Positions 29,228 to 53,537 of a DNA stretch of 64,000 bases are shown piece by piece (positions within the stretch are counted from its first letter, which is position 1; each line of letters starts with the position of its first letter). Source of the stretch: Dimorphilus gyrociliatus (lineage: Eukaryota > Animalia > Annelida); NCBI GenBank assembly GCA_904063045.1, contig CAJFCJ010000031.1:186001-250000 (forward strand), written 5' to 3'. The position numbers and the translations under genes were made by a program. A model generated the notes under the pieces. That model saw only the letters and a program-made list of their open reading frames with translations. It was not told the origin of the DNA and made no database searches.

Positions 29228-30040
29228 TTATAGTATAGGGGATGTCATACCATAATATCGTGATATTACACTGCCCTGACAGGTTTTCTGTCTAACTCCA
29301 AGAGGTCTTCTTGTCGAATAAAAATTTGCTAGAGGTTTGTTGCTGTTGTCCAAAAGAACATTTACATCTTCCGTTATTTTTCCGGAAATTCTTCTCAAGA
29401 CATGATTCATCAATCTAATGCCAGCACCAGATTTTCGAACTTGGGTGGCAACGAGACGTAAGGCTTGTTCTTCTAGTTCATATATTGTCTTTTTTCGACC
29501 GCTCGTGATAAATGCCGTCAGAGCTTCTTCAACGTAATTAGAATAAGGAAGGTGACTATTCAATTTCGGTTGGCATTGCTGAAAGCTGCCACTCAAGTTC
29601 GAAACATCTTTGGCTGACCAGGAGGATAGTTGGCTCCTTTGAAACTTAAATTTCCTTCTTGCCGAAACCATTCCTTCATCTTCAATGTACTTTATAATAG
29701 CTTTTCGCTCACCCAACGTATAAGTTCGACGTTCTATACAAAAAATACACAAATATATATATATATATAAGCTTTTACAAGAAAAAAAAGAAAAGGTTCA
29801 ACAAATATTCAACTTACTTTTCTTTCTAATTCTGCACGAGGAAGGAATTGATGGTAAGTCTCCAAAACTAGTTTTTATTAATCTTTCATCTTGTAAATAT
29901 TCAGCATTTTTGGTAATAGGATACATATCGGCATCAGTGTCTATTTCAACAACGTTGTCCGTTTCCATGGCCACTACGTGGTTACCAGAATAGTCATAAT
30001 TGTTATAATTGTTCATTGAGTTAGCGGAAAAACTGCCCAT
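29228..30040 (-). CDS. Uncharacterised ~246-aa protein with a Brinker-DBD/pogo-type helix-turn-helix; no transposase catalytic domain
   Basis: Two exons, 29818-30040 and 29228-29733, joined by a phase-1 GT-AG intron, giving RIRKKKRRTYTLGERKAIIKYIEDEGMVSARRKFKFQRSQLSSW. This resembles the RRSY..EFKL.VI...E..G...AARKF.V....V..W pattern. Confidence 0.6.
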
Positions 30041-30216
30041 TGCTTCTCTAGTACTTTTAATTTATGCAGCAAAAAAGTGAATTAACCTCATATTATGAAT
30101 AACTGAATCCTTTTACCAAAAGAGGTCAGGAAACCAAAGTTATCTGCAAAGTTATTAATAAATAAATTGAAAAATTATCAACACTATTCATAATAAAATA
30201 ATAAGAAAAGAGAAAT

Positions 30217-30240
<24 letters not shown>
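30217..30240. repeat. (AG)n microsatellite
   Basis: Directly visible. Similar AG/CT tracts at ~32805, 33422, 36871, 38101, 47662 and 56585. Confidence 0.9.
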
Positions 30241-30248
<8 letters not shown>

Positions 30249-33200
30249 CTTTGATAAAAAGCTATTATAGTTTAGAGAATTGAAATTAGATTTCAAGTAT
30301 TGAAAAACAAATCATTTCAATCTCTCGGATAATTATATATATCAAAAAACTATTATAAGATATTTAATTGTTCAAGTTCTCATTCAGTTGACAAATTTAA
30401 ATTATAATACGAATAAATAAGCCATAATAAAGCAAACTATACCTGGGCTCTTAGATTAGTGCAGCAAAAAAGGAGAAGGCAGCGTTTTTAACTCGGTAAC
30501 CCGAGGACAAGGGTATCGATTTGGTGGTGATTTGCGGTATTTATACCTAAATTCAACACTACTCAACTTCCAAGTTGTCCTCAGTAAAAAATTGTTTGTC
30601 TTTAACTTTTAGAACTCTATAAAAAATGGAAAAAAGCTAAAAAACAAAGTTGTTTTTGAGCATAAATCACCTTTTAAAGGAACTAATCCGACCTTTTCAG
30701 AATTTTATTGATTATTTGATGGAAATTCTACGAAAATTAGAGGATTTTTTGTAAAAAAATTGCTAAATAAAGGCTATTTTTTAGTTAATTTTTCAAAAAA
30801 TTAAAAAAAATTAAAGAAACAATCATTAAAATATATAAATATTCATAAATATGTAAATTTTCCTAAGAATATTTGAATATTTTTAAATAATAATTATTCA
30901 AATTTATTATTTATCGGTTATTTAAAGTGAAAAATGTATGGAAAGATTTTATTAATAATCTAATAATAAAGTTAATCGACCTGGAAAATGGATGAAGAAA
31001 ACATGTTTTTTTTTAATAAAAAAAACCAGCAACGTGCAAAAATTCATCATAAAAAAGAAGGTTAATTTTTGTTATCTTCAAGGAAAAAGCGCGTATAATG
31101 AAATAAGATAAACAATTAGAATAAATGATATGGTCATTTATCCCCTTTCTTCTCTTCTTTCTTCTTTTTTTCTGCTCCTCCTTCTCTTATATCTCTCCTT
31201 CTATTTTTTATTCCTATTTAGTTTTTCAGCTTGATAAAATTAATATATGAGATAAATTTAGCAAACTGTCAATTGGATATTTTTATTATCTCGTTTCCAA
31301 CTGTTCCCGTAGAGTGATGTCCTCTCGAAGGATTTTGTTCAATTTACAAATGACAAATTAATTATGAGTCGTTAAGTTAATCAACAATTGTATCCGAAAC
31401 TAATAATAATAGAACTTTAAAGTATAAAATCTTTATAAACATCTATACAATACGCTCAAAAACATAGTTTGGCCGGACAGATAATGATAATAAGGGAAAG
31501 TTTCAAAGGGTAATTGTTATCGTTTTATAGAGCTTCAATATTGAAAGTTAATCGAGAAACATATCAATTAGGGCGTTTGAGGTAAAGATTATAAAAGGGA
31601 GAGAAATTTTAGATGTAAAAAAAAAGGAAGAGAGGAAACAATTTTTCCTGTGATGAATGAAATAAATTCAAATGATCGGAAAACAAAAGGGACAACTAAC
31701 TAAATGAAACTAGGATAGAGAAACAGTCAGCATCTTTTAGACTTTCCTACTTCAAAGAGAGATTTGAAAGCTTTACAGTTTTTGATTAAAATATTTAGGC
31801 TAAAGAATCCTGATAGTTGGAGGAGACAATAGTTTGGTACTATGGTTATTAATCATTCATACTAACTCTTCAGAGGAGTAAAAGAAAACTTCAGAAGAGG
31901 CAGTTAGTCATTATTATTGTTAGGTGTGCTGATAAGATGTCGTAAAGTGACGAAAAAGGGAATAAATCCATCATCTATGTAAAGCTTCTTCACGAAGAGT
32001 AATTAACAATATACTACAACAAGTAAATATTTGGACAAAGAGAAATTTTTTTCCATCATTCTATTTAAGATTCTCTTTCAAATCCTTTGGCAAATTTCCA
32101 AATGATTTTAATGAATCTGTCAAGATAACAAAAGTAGTCTAATGAGTTGATTAGACGAAATATTCCCTTTCTTTCCTTTCATAATATTCTTACAAACAAA
32201 ATAAATAACAAGACTTTCTGCCTCCCTCCCTCCATCCCTCCCTCCCTCTCTCCTCCCTTTAATAATTACAAACCATATAGGAAGATATATCAGCATATAT
32301 TTATGCATTTATGCAAAACTGCTGATTAAGCACAATCTATTTTACATGGAATAAATGATTCACAAAATATTCTCTAAAAGATTTAGAATAAAACAAAAGG
32401 GGAAGATGAAAGGAATTGTTTCATTATTCGATTTACTGTTTGGCATATTCATTAGAGATAAGTAGAAAGATGATGAAGGAAGATAATGGCTGGCAAGTAA
32501 AGAATAGAAAAACACAATCCGAAAAGAATAGGCGTACATCATCAGTTGGAATAGATGATAATAGAAATGGAAAATTAGTGTTGATGAGGAATTTCTATAA
32601 GCTGGGAGAAGAGGGGGATAGGTAAGGGAATATAGGAAGATAGAAGGAAAATATACTGACTTATAAAATAGGATTTCCGGTTTATATTCAGATGAAATGC
32701 AAACAACAAACACGTCTCTTGATATTTTACAATACCAAATTTATCATGGGATACAAAAAATATTGAAAATTGTCTTGCTAACTCTGTTTTGCTTTTGACA
32801 AAGAGAAAGAGAGAGAGAGAGAGAGGGAGGAAGAAGTGGAGACAGAAAGAATATATGCTATATAAATCCTATGATGTTGAATTGAAATGTAGATGACGGA
32901 TAAAATTAGCCAAATTAATGTAGTCAATTATATTGTTTTTTTTTAAGGATTAATTAACTGTCTGAAAGTAGCAAGTGTCCTTCTCTTCCTATAAAATGAA
33001 GGATGTTGAAGAGAGATTACTCTCAGTCTATTCATGATAGAAGATGCAAAAAGATTTTTTAAAACTATAACATAAGGCAAGAATAAGTTTTTTTTGTCCT
33101 TTTTATATTAATTGGTTTCACGCTGAAAGTAACTAAATGAAATAATCCCGTGAAAATAAAAGAAACGTAAGAAACCAAAGGAAGATTAGCCTTGTTAAAG

Positions 33201-34494
33201 GACAGCACATTTTTTTAGCACCCCAACCTTGAAAATAAACTTGAAATAGGAAGTATCCCTGGATGAGCTTTATTCTATGTTTTGTATAAATAGACTAAAT
33301 TGGCAAAATTTACTTTTCGAGGTGCTTCAATGCAGTATAAAAAAAACCATCTGGGCCTGTGAAAAGTTGGTGCAAGAATAAGAAAAGAGAGAAATTATTT
33401 ATAAATCTTTAAGAGAATAAAAGAGAGAGAGAGAGAGAGAGAATGAACTAATAGAAAAGATGCTAAAAAATATATTTTTCTATTTCTCCCTCAGATACTG
33501 TCACTTATAGAGGAGAGAGAAGAATTCTTAAATTTTATCTCTCATAGGCTTTTAAGTAGTTTCGTGCCCTTCTTTCAAACTTGTTCATTTTATCGCCAGT
33601 ACATTTAAAGAAGCCATTTTTTAACACGACTAATCCAGTAGTGCAGCTTCTCTTACTAATAATTAGTTTTCCTTTATTAATTGAATTCACAGAAAATTCA
33701 ACTATTTAACTTTTTTCTTCCCTTTTTTCCCTTTATTTTGCTCTTCTCCTTTTTTCTTTTCTTTCTTTTTAAAAAAAAAAGTTTTTTTTAATTCTACAAT
33801 TATTAAATTCCTAAATTTTTTATAGTAAAAATAGTGACAGATGATTCACAAGTGATGCGTACTTCCACCAAGATCTTACTTCCGCTTAAAAATATATGAC
33901 TAACTGGAAAATATTAGAGTATATTTAAAAAACCGAACTAATTTTATAAAGAAATAAAACGTAGGCACATTTCTTGTCAATATAGGCCTAAAACATTGAT
34001 TGTAATAGAATCTAGAGCTGATTAACGTAAAAAATATTTAAACTTAGCAATTTATTTGAAAAATAAATGATAATATAATGAGATAAGGATGAATTGCATT
34101 GTGTTTTACTATTTTATAGTTTGATGAATAATGAAATCGTGCTACATTTCTAAAGGAAATGTATTTGTTTGTTAATGTAACAAATTTGTATTAGAAACCT
34201 TTTATAAATTTGGATAATTCACTATTGTTAATTATTCCATTTCGTAAAAAAGGTTATTTAAAAATAGACATCAAAATGCTTGTTGTTAAAAGTGCCATTA
34301 GACTGCGAGTCTATCGGGGAGAATTAAAATGGCCGTCTATACAGTCAAATAGTACTCCACTATTCTAAGCGTGATACTCGTTAATAAAGTATTTTCTCGA
34401 AAGTACCAAATTGTGGTTTAGAGGAAGCGGAAATTAACGGAGCGGTTGATAGACAACATCTAGACTAATAAATAGAATCAATAATAAACGAACT

Positions 34495-36114
34495 ATGGCT
34501 GTGCCACAAACTGATTCTGTGGACGAAAAACCAGCTAGTAGGAAACCTAAAGGTATTCTTTGACATTTAGTACTAAAATTTGGACTGATCATCAAATTTT
34601 AACTTGTAACTGTTGATAACTGAAACATCAGGTTATTCTATCAATGGAGATTAAACATTCATAATTCATTACAGATTCAAAGTTTAAACAACAAAAATTG
34701 CCTGCCTGGCAGCCAATTCTAACTGCACAGACCGTTTTACCCGTATTTGCCGCGATAGGAATAGCTTTCATACCCATAGGAATTGCCCTATTAATCACAT
34801 CAAACAATGTAATATCCTTTGATAAACGTTCACAACGATAACGACTAAATCACTATTATTTGTTTATAGGTGATGGAAATAAAAAAAGATTATACACACT
34901 GCAATGATACAGAGACAGGGCAGTCGTGCGCTCGCGTTATCAGGGATGGTACCAAAAAGACCTGTAAATGCGAAGTTAAGTTTAACATTGCAGAGGGAGA
35001 AGAATTAAAAGGAAATGTCTATCTCTATTATGGCCTATCGAATTTTTATCAAAACCACAGAAGATATGTTAGATCTAGAGATGACGATCAATTAAGGGGA
35101 GAAACTGGTAAACTAACCGACTATTGCGATCCGTATAAAGATGAAAAAAATTCGACAAGCGGTAAAACCTTTAAATACGCTCCATGTGGTTCAATTGCCA
35201 ATAGTTTTTTTCAAGGTATATATATATAATTGTATATATTCGTATTTAAAAAAATAGAATTTTTTTATACGAAAATAGAATGTTCGATAATAATTTTGTT
35301 TGTTTATTTACCTATCCAGACAGATTTAGTTTATCTTACCAAAAACCGAATAAAGAATACGTTACAGCTAAATTAAAAAATACTGGTATTGCATGGTCAA
35401 CGGATAAAAGAGTCAAGTTTAACAATCCGGGTGGTAAACCTTTAAAAGAAGGTTTGCACTATTTATAAACAAATATACTAATATATATGTATAATTAACT
35501 AATTATTTACATATAAAACGGACAGCCTTTAAAGATACAATAAAGCCGAAAAATTGGCTGAAACCTGTCTATGAATTGGATACTGAAAATGAAGATAATA
35601 ACGGTTATAAAAACGAAGATTTAATAGTATGGATGCGTACCGCAGCTTTAAATACTTTTAGGAAATTGCATAGAATAGTTGATACAAGTGATGAATATTT
35701 TAAGTAAGTTTCTTCAATATACAGAGATGCACATCTCTTTTCAAACTTCAACATCAATTATGCTTATTAATAATGTAATAATATTATAATTAGAGACGGA
35801 TTGAGAGCTGGAAACTATAAAATTGATGTAGATTATTCTTTTGAAGTAGACTCCTTTAAAGGGAAGAAGTATATAATACTAACAACAACATCTTGGCTAG
35901 GAGGAAAGAACCCTTTTTTGGGTATTGCTTATATTGTTACTGGAAGCGTTTGTATTGTTTTGGCGGTTGTATTTTTTATAATTCATATAAAAATAGGAAA
36001 AAAGTAAGTTACATACTTTTTTTATAAATCTCAAAAATAACTTTAACTAAACATATCTCTTGTTGTAGACCGCATGAAATGGTATCGAATGTAGATAGTA
36101 GTACGGAATATTAG
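34495..36114 (+). CDS. TMEM30A: CDC50/TMEM30 P4-ATPase (flippase) beta subunit
   Basis: [82 protein letters not shown]. About 7 exons. Confidence 0.96.
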
Positions 36115-36258
36115 AAGGATGATCAGGAAAAATTAGAAAATTAATGCTGATTATGATCATCGTCATGACGAAAAGAAGTTCGCATTTTAAGCATTCCTTT
36201 TACAATTCAAAAGAACAAAAGATTTTGGCCAATTTGTTTTTTATTCATTAGACATACT

Positions 36259-36268
36259 CCCCCCCCCC

Positions 36269-36304
<36 letters not shown>

Positions 36305-36378
36305 TCTTCCTTTCTTTCTTAATTCTTTTGACGCTCACTGTCTTTTCCTCTCTCTTTCTCTCTCTCCCTCTCTCTCTA
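36259..36378. repeat. Poly-C plus (CT)n pyrimidine tract in the TMEM30A 3' region
   Basis: C12 run followed by (CT)14 and further CT-rich sequence. Confidence 0.85.
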
Positions 36379-36683
36379 TTAATCCTATTAGAGCATCCAC
36401 TAATACAGTTTTAGACTTTTTTGTTTACTATATTCATTTTTTTAAAATATTCAATTTATATTTTCATAAAATATTGCAAATTTATGCTTTTCTCTCCTTT
36501 TCTCTGCAATGAAATCCACCTATTTAATTCCTTTTTTCCTCAATGAAGATTTATTGTATTTTATATAATCTTGCTCTTGTAAATTATATGCAAACTTGTT
36601 TTAATATTAAGCGAATGTGATGTTATAACTTATTTATGTATGTACATATGAACTGTATATTTATCTTTCTCTCTCTCTTTGTC

Positions 36684-36715
<32 letters not shown>

Positions 36716-37332
36716 AAAAGAGGCAAAGTACTACCAGTGTGAACTATTTCCTAGTCGTTGGTTGCTTCTTACAAACAATGAGCCTAAGTAAAACATAACT
36801 TTATGGTGATTATTGTCATATAATACTACGTCAGGACGATTTAGCTTTTCAAAATTACTCATTTACATTGGGAGAGAGAGAGAGAGAGAGTATCTAAATA
36901 AAAATTTTACAAAGCTAAAATACGTTTGTTGTTCAATTGATTTCTGTAGGTTTTCTTCTTTTATATACAAAGTTTATATATATATATAATACATAGGATT
37001 GTTAAAGATTAGTTGTTTGTAAGTTTTAAGGAAAACGATTAAGTGTATATATATACACTGTCTATAAGTATATACCTAATATATCCAGTATACAAAGGTA
37101 TACATTTATACAGTAAAAGAATAAAAAGCAAAATGGAAACCGTCCGCTTATAAAGGTATCATTGTTATCATATATGTTTTGTTTTGTTGTTGTTTTTTTT
37201 CAATACATTCGGAAAAAGAACGAGAAAATGCTTTAATGATCGAAAACATCGAACGTACAATAAAAAATATCAAAACAGCCAAACGAATAAAAGCAAACGG
37301 ACTAGAACGACAGATATGTTTTGAGATCGTTT

Positions 37333-49504
<12,172 letters not shown>

Positions 49505-49600
49505 TCGGTAGCTTCTCTATAGCGTTTAGCTCTTTACGGATCGCTATACATGTGTAAATTTTACAAAATATCTGCAGACAATACTTGAGCTTCTACGCGC

Positions 49601-49722
49601 ATGGCCGCATGCGTAAAGCCGTAAAAGCAAATAATGAGCTGGAATGGCGCCCTTTTTCAAATATCATATCTAAAACACTATTTCAATATGGCGATGCTCT
49701 TTGCGGTATAGGCGGCCATTTT
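49601..49722. promoter_or_regulatory. Cluster of four YY1/Pho-like motifs upstream of NF1
   Basis: ATGGCC at 49601, ATGGCG at 49644 and 49688, and GGCGGCCATTTT at 49711 (reverse complement of AAAATGGCCGCC), all ~100-220 nt upstream of the NF1 ATG. Confidence 0.35.
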
Positions 49723-52091
49723 TTAAATATAGATCAGTTGCAGTCGAATATTTTTAGCGCCACCTATTCTACCCTAAGCTATTTAAATTTTTTTCAGCAT
49801 CTAAGCTTTCTAATACCTCCAATGACAAGTTTTTTCAATGTAATAGGCATTTAGGGATCAACATCAAATGCAAAGAGAATGCATTAAAACGAACGAAAAA
49901 TATTTAAAAGCTAAAACATAAACACATTGATTAATGCACCCCAACCGGTGAAATGTATTTCCGCGAAGATATTGATCGATTCTTAATTAGGGAGCCATTT
50001 TAATTTTGTTACCCTAGATAATGGGCAAATTTCTGAGAAATTCAATAATATTACAAAATTCTCAGCTGACTACTATCAGTTGACAACGTGGATGAGTCAT
50101 TGAGAACCAGCGTTGAAGATTTAACTGATGTCTCCAATAGCGACAAGGAGACGAACCTGTTGAAAATTACAAGTTCCAATGCAGCCCTATAAGAAATGAG
50201 TAGAGAGTGGTAATAGTATACTTTATTACTGAAAGTGTAGAAGTTGTTTGTTGTAAATAATCTTTTTTCATCCCTTATAGAAACATAGTGAACTTTTAAC
50301 CTTAGTGAACCAAATAACCATTCGCCAATATTTCAACTAGTGCTAAGATAGTCAATCAAAATGTTTTCGTTTACTTAATTGTTGGCGAAAAGAGGGCTGG
50401 GCAACGGCGTTTCTTTTTTTTTCTGTTAAATTAATTGTAACGTTACTCCCATATAGTTTTTTTTTTCTGAATTTAGCCATTAAATATATATCTTTTCTTT
50501 GAAGATATTTTTTCTAAAATTATTCCCCTCTTTTTTTGTGTAAGAAAAACTTTCTATAGTAATAAAATTCGTATTGTTTTTTGTTTTGTTTTGTTTTGTT
50601 TTTCTCCGTTTTCTCTATTTCAGACAAACTTCTCTTTTAGTAACAATTTCATATATATATATATATACAAGTTTGTCAAAAAAAACATATACACACACAC
50701 ACACACACACAGGTATTTATTTTCAAAAATTTTGTTGCAGTTTTTAAATGACACCTTATTTAGCTATACTAGCTTCAATTTGTCATGAAAATGTAGAAGA
50801 TGTTGAAGGTCATCTTTTTTATTTTTTTTTCTGCTAACTTCATCAGAAAATATGTTAATGAGACTGATAAAAAGCAATCTCTTTCGCAATTGTTTCCATA
50901 ATTCTTTCACATTGTACAGTTTCCTAGTCTATAAACGTAAAATCATAAAATATGTGACGTCATAAAGTGTTTAACTATATATATATATATTATCAATACA
51001 TTTTCTACTTTCAATGAAAAAGAACTATTCTGTTCAGAAATGAATACAACATGCCGAAGGAAGAGATGAAAAAATGTTCCTACAGAAATATTTCATCTGA
51101 TTAACTCAATTAAATATTACATTGCAAATAGCATCAATTGAGTTCTATAAAAAGGTATGTAATTAATTACGTAAAGGTGAAAAGAAAGTTTATATAGTCG
51201 ATTAATCCATATAATTTAAGATTAAAGAAAGAGACGAAAAAGTTTAGGACAATTGAAAACCAAAAAGAACAGTTTTATCGTCTATGTCTAAGCATTCAGT
51301 TTTCTGGTAAAATATTAATAGTTTTCTAAGAAAAATATTAATTTTTCGCTTTTATTTAAGCATATAATTCCCCTTTTATGAATATTCATCGTTAATCGGA
51401 TAGTCTTAAATAATGGATTTAAGAAAATTTTGAAAGGAAACATAATGAGATAGTAATTGAAATGGTATTTATAAGTAAAACTATTCTAGTTTATGAAATT
51501 CATCATATATGCTGTAAAATATTGAAATATTACATTGATTATACTAGTCTAATTATAAGGTTAGATTAAATATGAAATTACACAAGACGTCTAACAAATG
51601 CATAAATTTCAGGGATAATGAATGAAATTAATAAGAATACACTACTTGTGGATTGGAGAACTGGCTTTGAATACAAAACTACTTCTTGGTGAATAAATTT
51701 GTGAGATGGATAAGCCTATAATAGGAATTAGTAATATACCTTTCGTAACGGGGGCAATTAGTGGAAATGTAAGCATTAATTGTTATAGGAAGTTGGTCAT
51801 TACATATTTAGCATAGCCTGTTTATCAATATTGATGAGTTCCTCTGTTTATTGTCATAATACGTATCGTTTAGCAAATACTTTACACATATTCTACTAAT
51901 ACAGCTATATTTATTAAAAATTCATATTACATATATTCGAAATTAAAGAGGGTAAGTCTGAATATCTTGGATAGATGCTTCGTAAGCGAAAGTAAATTAG
52001 GTAAAACGTTTCAACGATTGAACTTGGTGAAAGAAAGTTAGTGATAAAGTAATAAACAACAGAGTCGGTTAATGGACGGGGCAAAATTGCT

Positions 52092-52549
52092 ATGACGCTT
52101 CCTTTCCGGAAAGCGGGCAAAGCAATCGTGCGTCATTGGGCATCGAGGAATAGAAGGATGAGGATAAAGTACATGTCCCTAGCAATACTTTTAATTTTCG
52201 TCGTACTTGGCGGATGTTATAAACAGGAATGTGGTAGTAATCCAATAACCGAATTACAATCCATCGCCAAGAGAGCAGGTACTCTTTTCTTTCTCTTTTT
52301 AAAAACTTTTTATTAATTTATTCAAAGAATTCGTGAATTTTTATACTTAATTATTATTATTGGCGTTCTGCGGATATTAATTAAAAATCAACAGGGGTTA
52401 GTCTTGAAAAAGTTCTATCCACCCTCAAGGAACTTGATGGTAGCAAATACGACAGATTGAAGATTGACTTCCTATCATATGCCTACTGTGTTGGTCTATT
52501 CGATACGGGATACTTTCGTAAGAAAAGATCTCCCCCGTCCACTGCATAA
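52092..52549 (+). CDS. Small uncharacterised two-exon protein (91-113 aa) with a signal peptide or signal anchor and basic cleavage-like sites
   Basis: Exon 1 52092-52278 (second in-frame ATG at 52158), phase-1 intron gtactc...caacag, exon 2 52395-52549 open to TAA. Hydrophobic stretch SLAILLIFVVLGG. Confidence 0.55.
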
Positions 52550-52867
52550 AAAAGTAAGAGAGAAAAGAGAATATCAAGAAAGAAGCTTATTGTTGTCTGC
52601 TTCAATTCGTTAACAGCTTGATCCGAAATAAACGCAATTAGATAGGTAAAAAAAGAGGGAACTCCTGCTGAAGCAACTGGACTGAGTATTATGAAAATAA
52701 ATTGCTGCCATTTAAAAAAAAAATCGCCGATATATTCAATGATCAAAAGTAAAATTCGCTTATTGTGCAAATTTTTGCTCTCCGGGCGGCTTAGTAATTC
52801 GTGTCCAAATGTTCAAATATTAAATAAAAAAAAGAAAACAGAAAACAAAGACAGCTTATCATTTCAA

Positions 52868-53422
52868 TCAAATATCTTCGCTAGGGTACGAGGCTAGGTT
52901 CTTTCGAATACCCACAAGATCGATCGATTGAGGCTGCTTTTCTTTCTTCTCTTCCATAGTCTGCCTCATCTTAAATGCCAACGCTAAACCAACCGGGCTA
53001 TCTGCTTTGGCCGCTTGTTTATTATGAGATATTTTTGCGGCTCTTCTTACATCTTCTCGTCGCGTTGTCGTATAACTGTCCGACAAAGGGGTTTTCCTCG
53101 TTTCTTGAGCTTTCACTTCTGTAGCTTTAGAAGTTAGCTGCCAAGAGTTATATTTATCACCCAAAGTTTCTTTAGATTTTGGAGGATTGACACGCCGACT
53201 GCTATTACACATCAGTAGTATAACCTTCGCTATTACCGCTGGTTCAAAGTTGCGTTTTAACAATTCATTTAAATGGTCGAAAACGTGTGGCGGGATTAGA
53301 GCGCCACTTAACATGGATAACTCGTATAGTTCCATTTCTCTCTTTTGAAACGTTTGCTGGCCAACACCTCTAAATATTTCAGCCGTTCTCTTTAGTTCTT
53401 GAATGTTCCTTTCGTCTTTCAT
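52868..53422 (-). CDS. MZT2: MOZART2 (MZT2/GCP8)-like gamma-tubulin complex accessory protein, single coding exon, 184 aa
   Basis: EMELYELSMLSGALIPPHVFDHLNELLKRNFEPAVIAKVILLMC parallels the remembered human MZT2 core EMELYELAQAAGGGIDPDVFKILVDLLKLNVAPLAVFQMLKSMC, followed by a low-complexity tail. Confidence 0.7.
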   Translation of the reverse strand: MKDERNIQELKRTAEIFRGVGQQTFQKREMELYELSMLSGALIPPHVFDHLNELLKRNFEPAVIAKVILLMCNSSRRVNPPKSKETLGDKYNSWQLTSKATEVKAQETRKTPLSDSYTTTRREDVRRAAKISHNKQAAKADSPVGLALAFKMRQTMEEKKEKQPQSIDLVGIRKNLASYPSEDI

Positions 53423-53537
53423 CTAAATATATATAGAAATAATTGTTTTGCGATTAACTTTGTCACAGTTTATATTTATGAAAGAAAAAAAAAAGCGATT
53501 TATTAAGAGAGTTTATATAGAAAAAAAAGAACAAAAA

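Noticed and set aside
32360-32713. 117-aa minus-strand ORF and overlapping short ORFs at 32120-32625
   Set aside because: Low-complexity F/Y/S/L-rich translation that reflects purine-rich plus-strand DNA. No splice context or recognisable motif.
52483-52897. ORFs 52483-52770 (-) and 52691-52897 (+)
   Set aside because: No recognisable motif. They lie in the probable convergent 3' UTR region between the orphan gene and MZT2.
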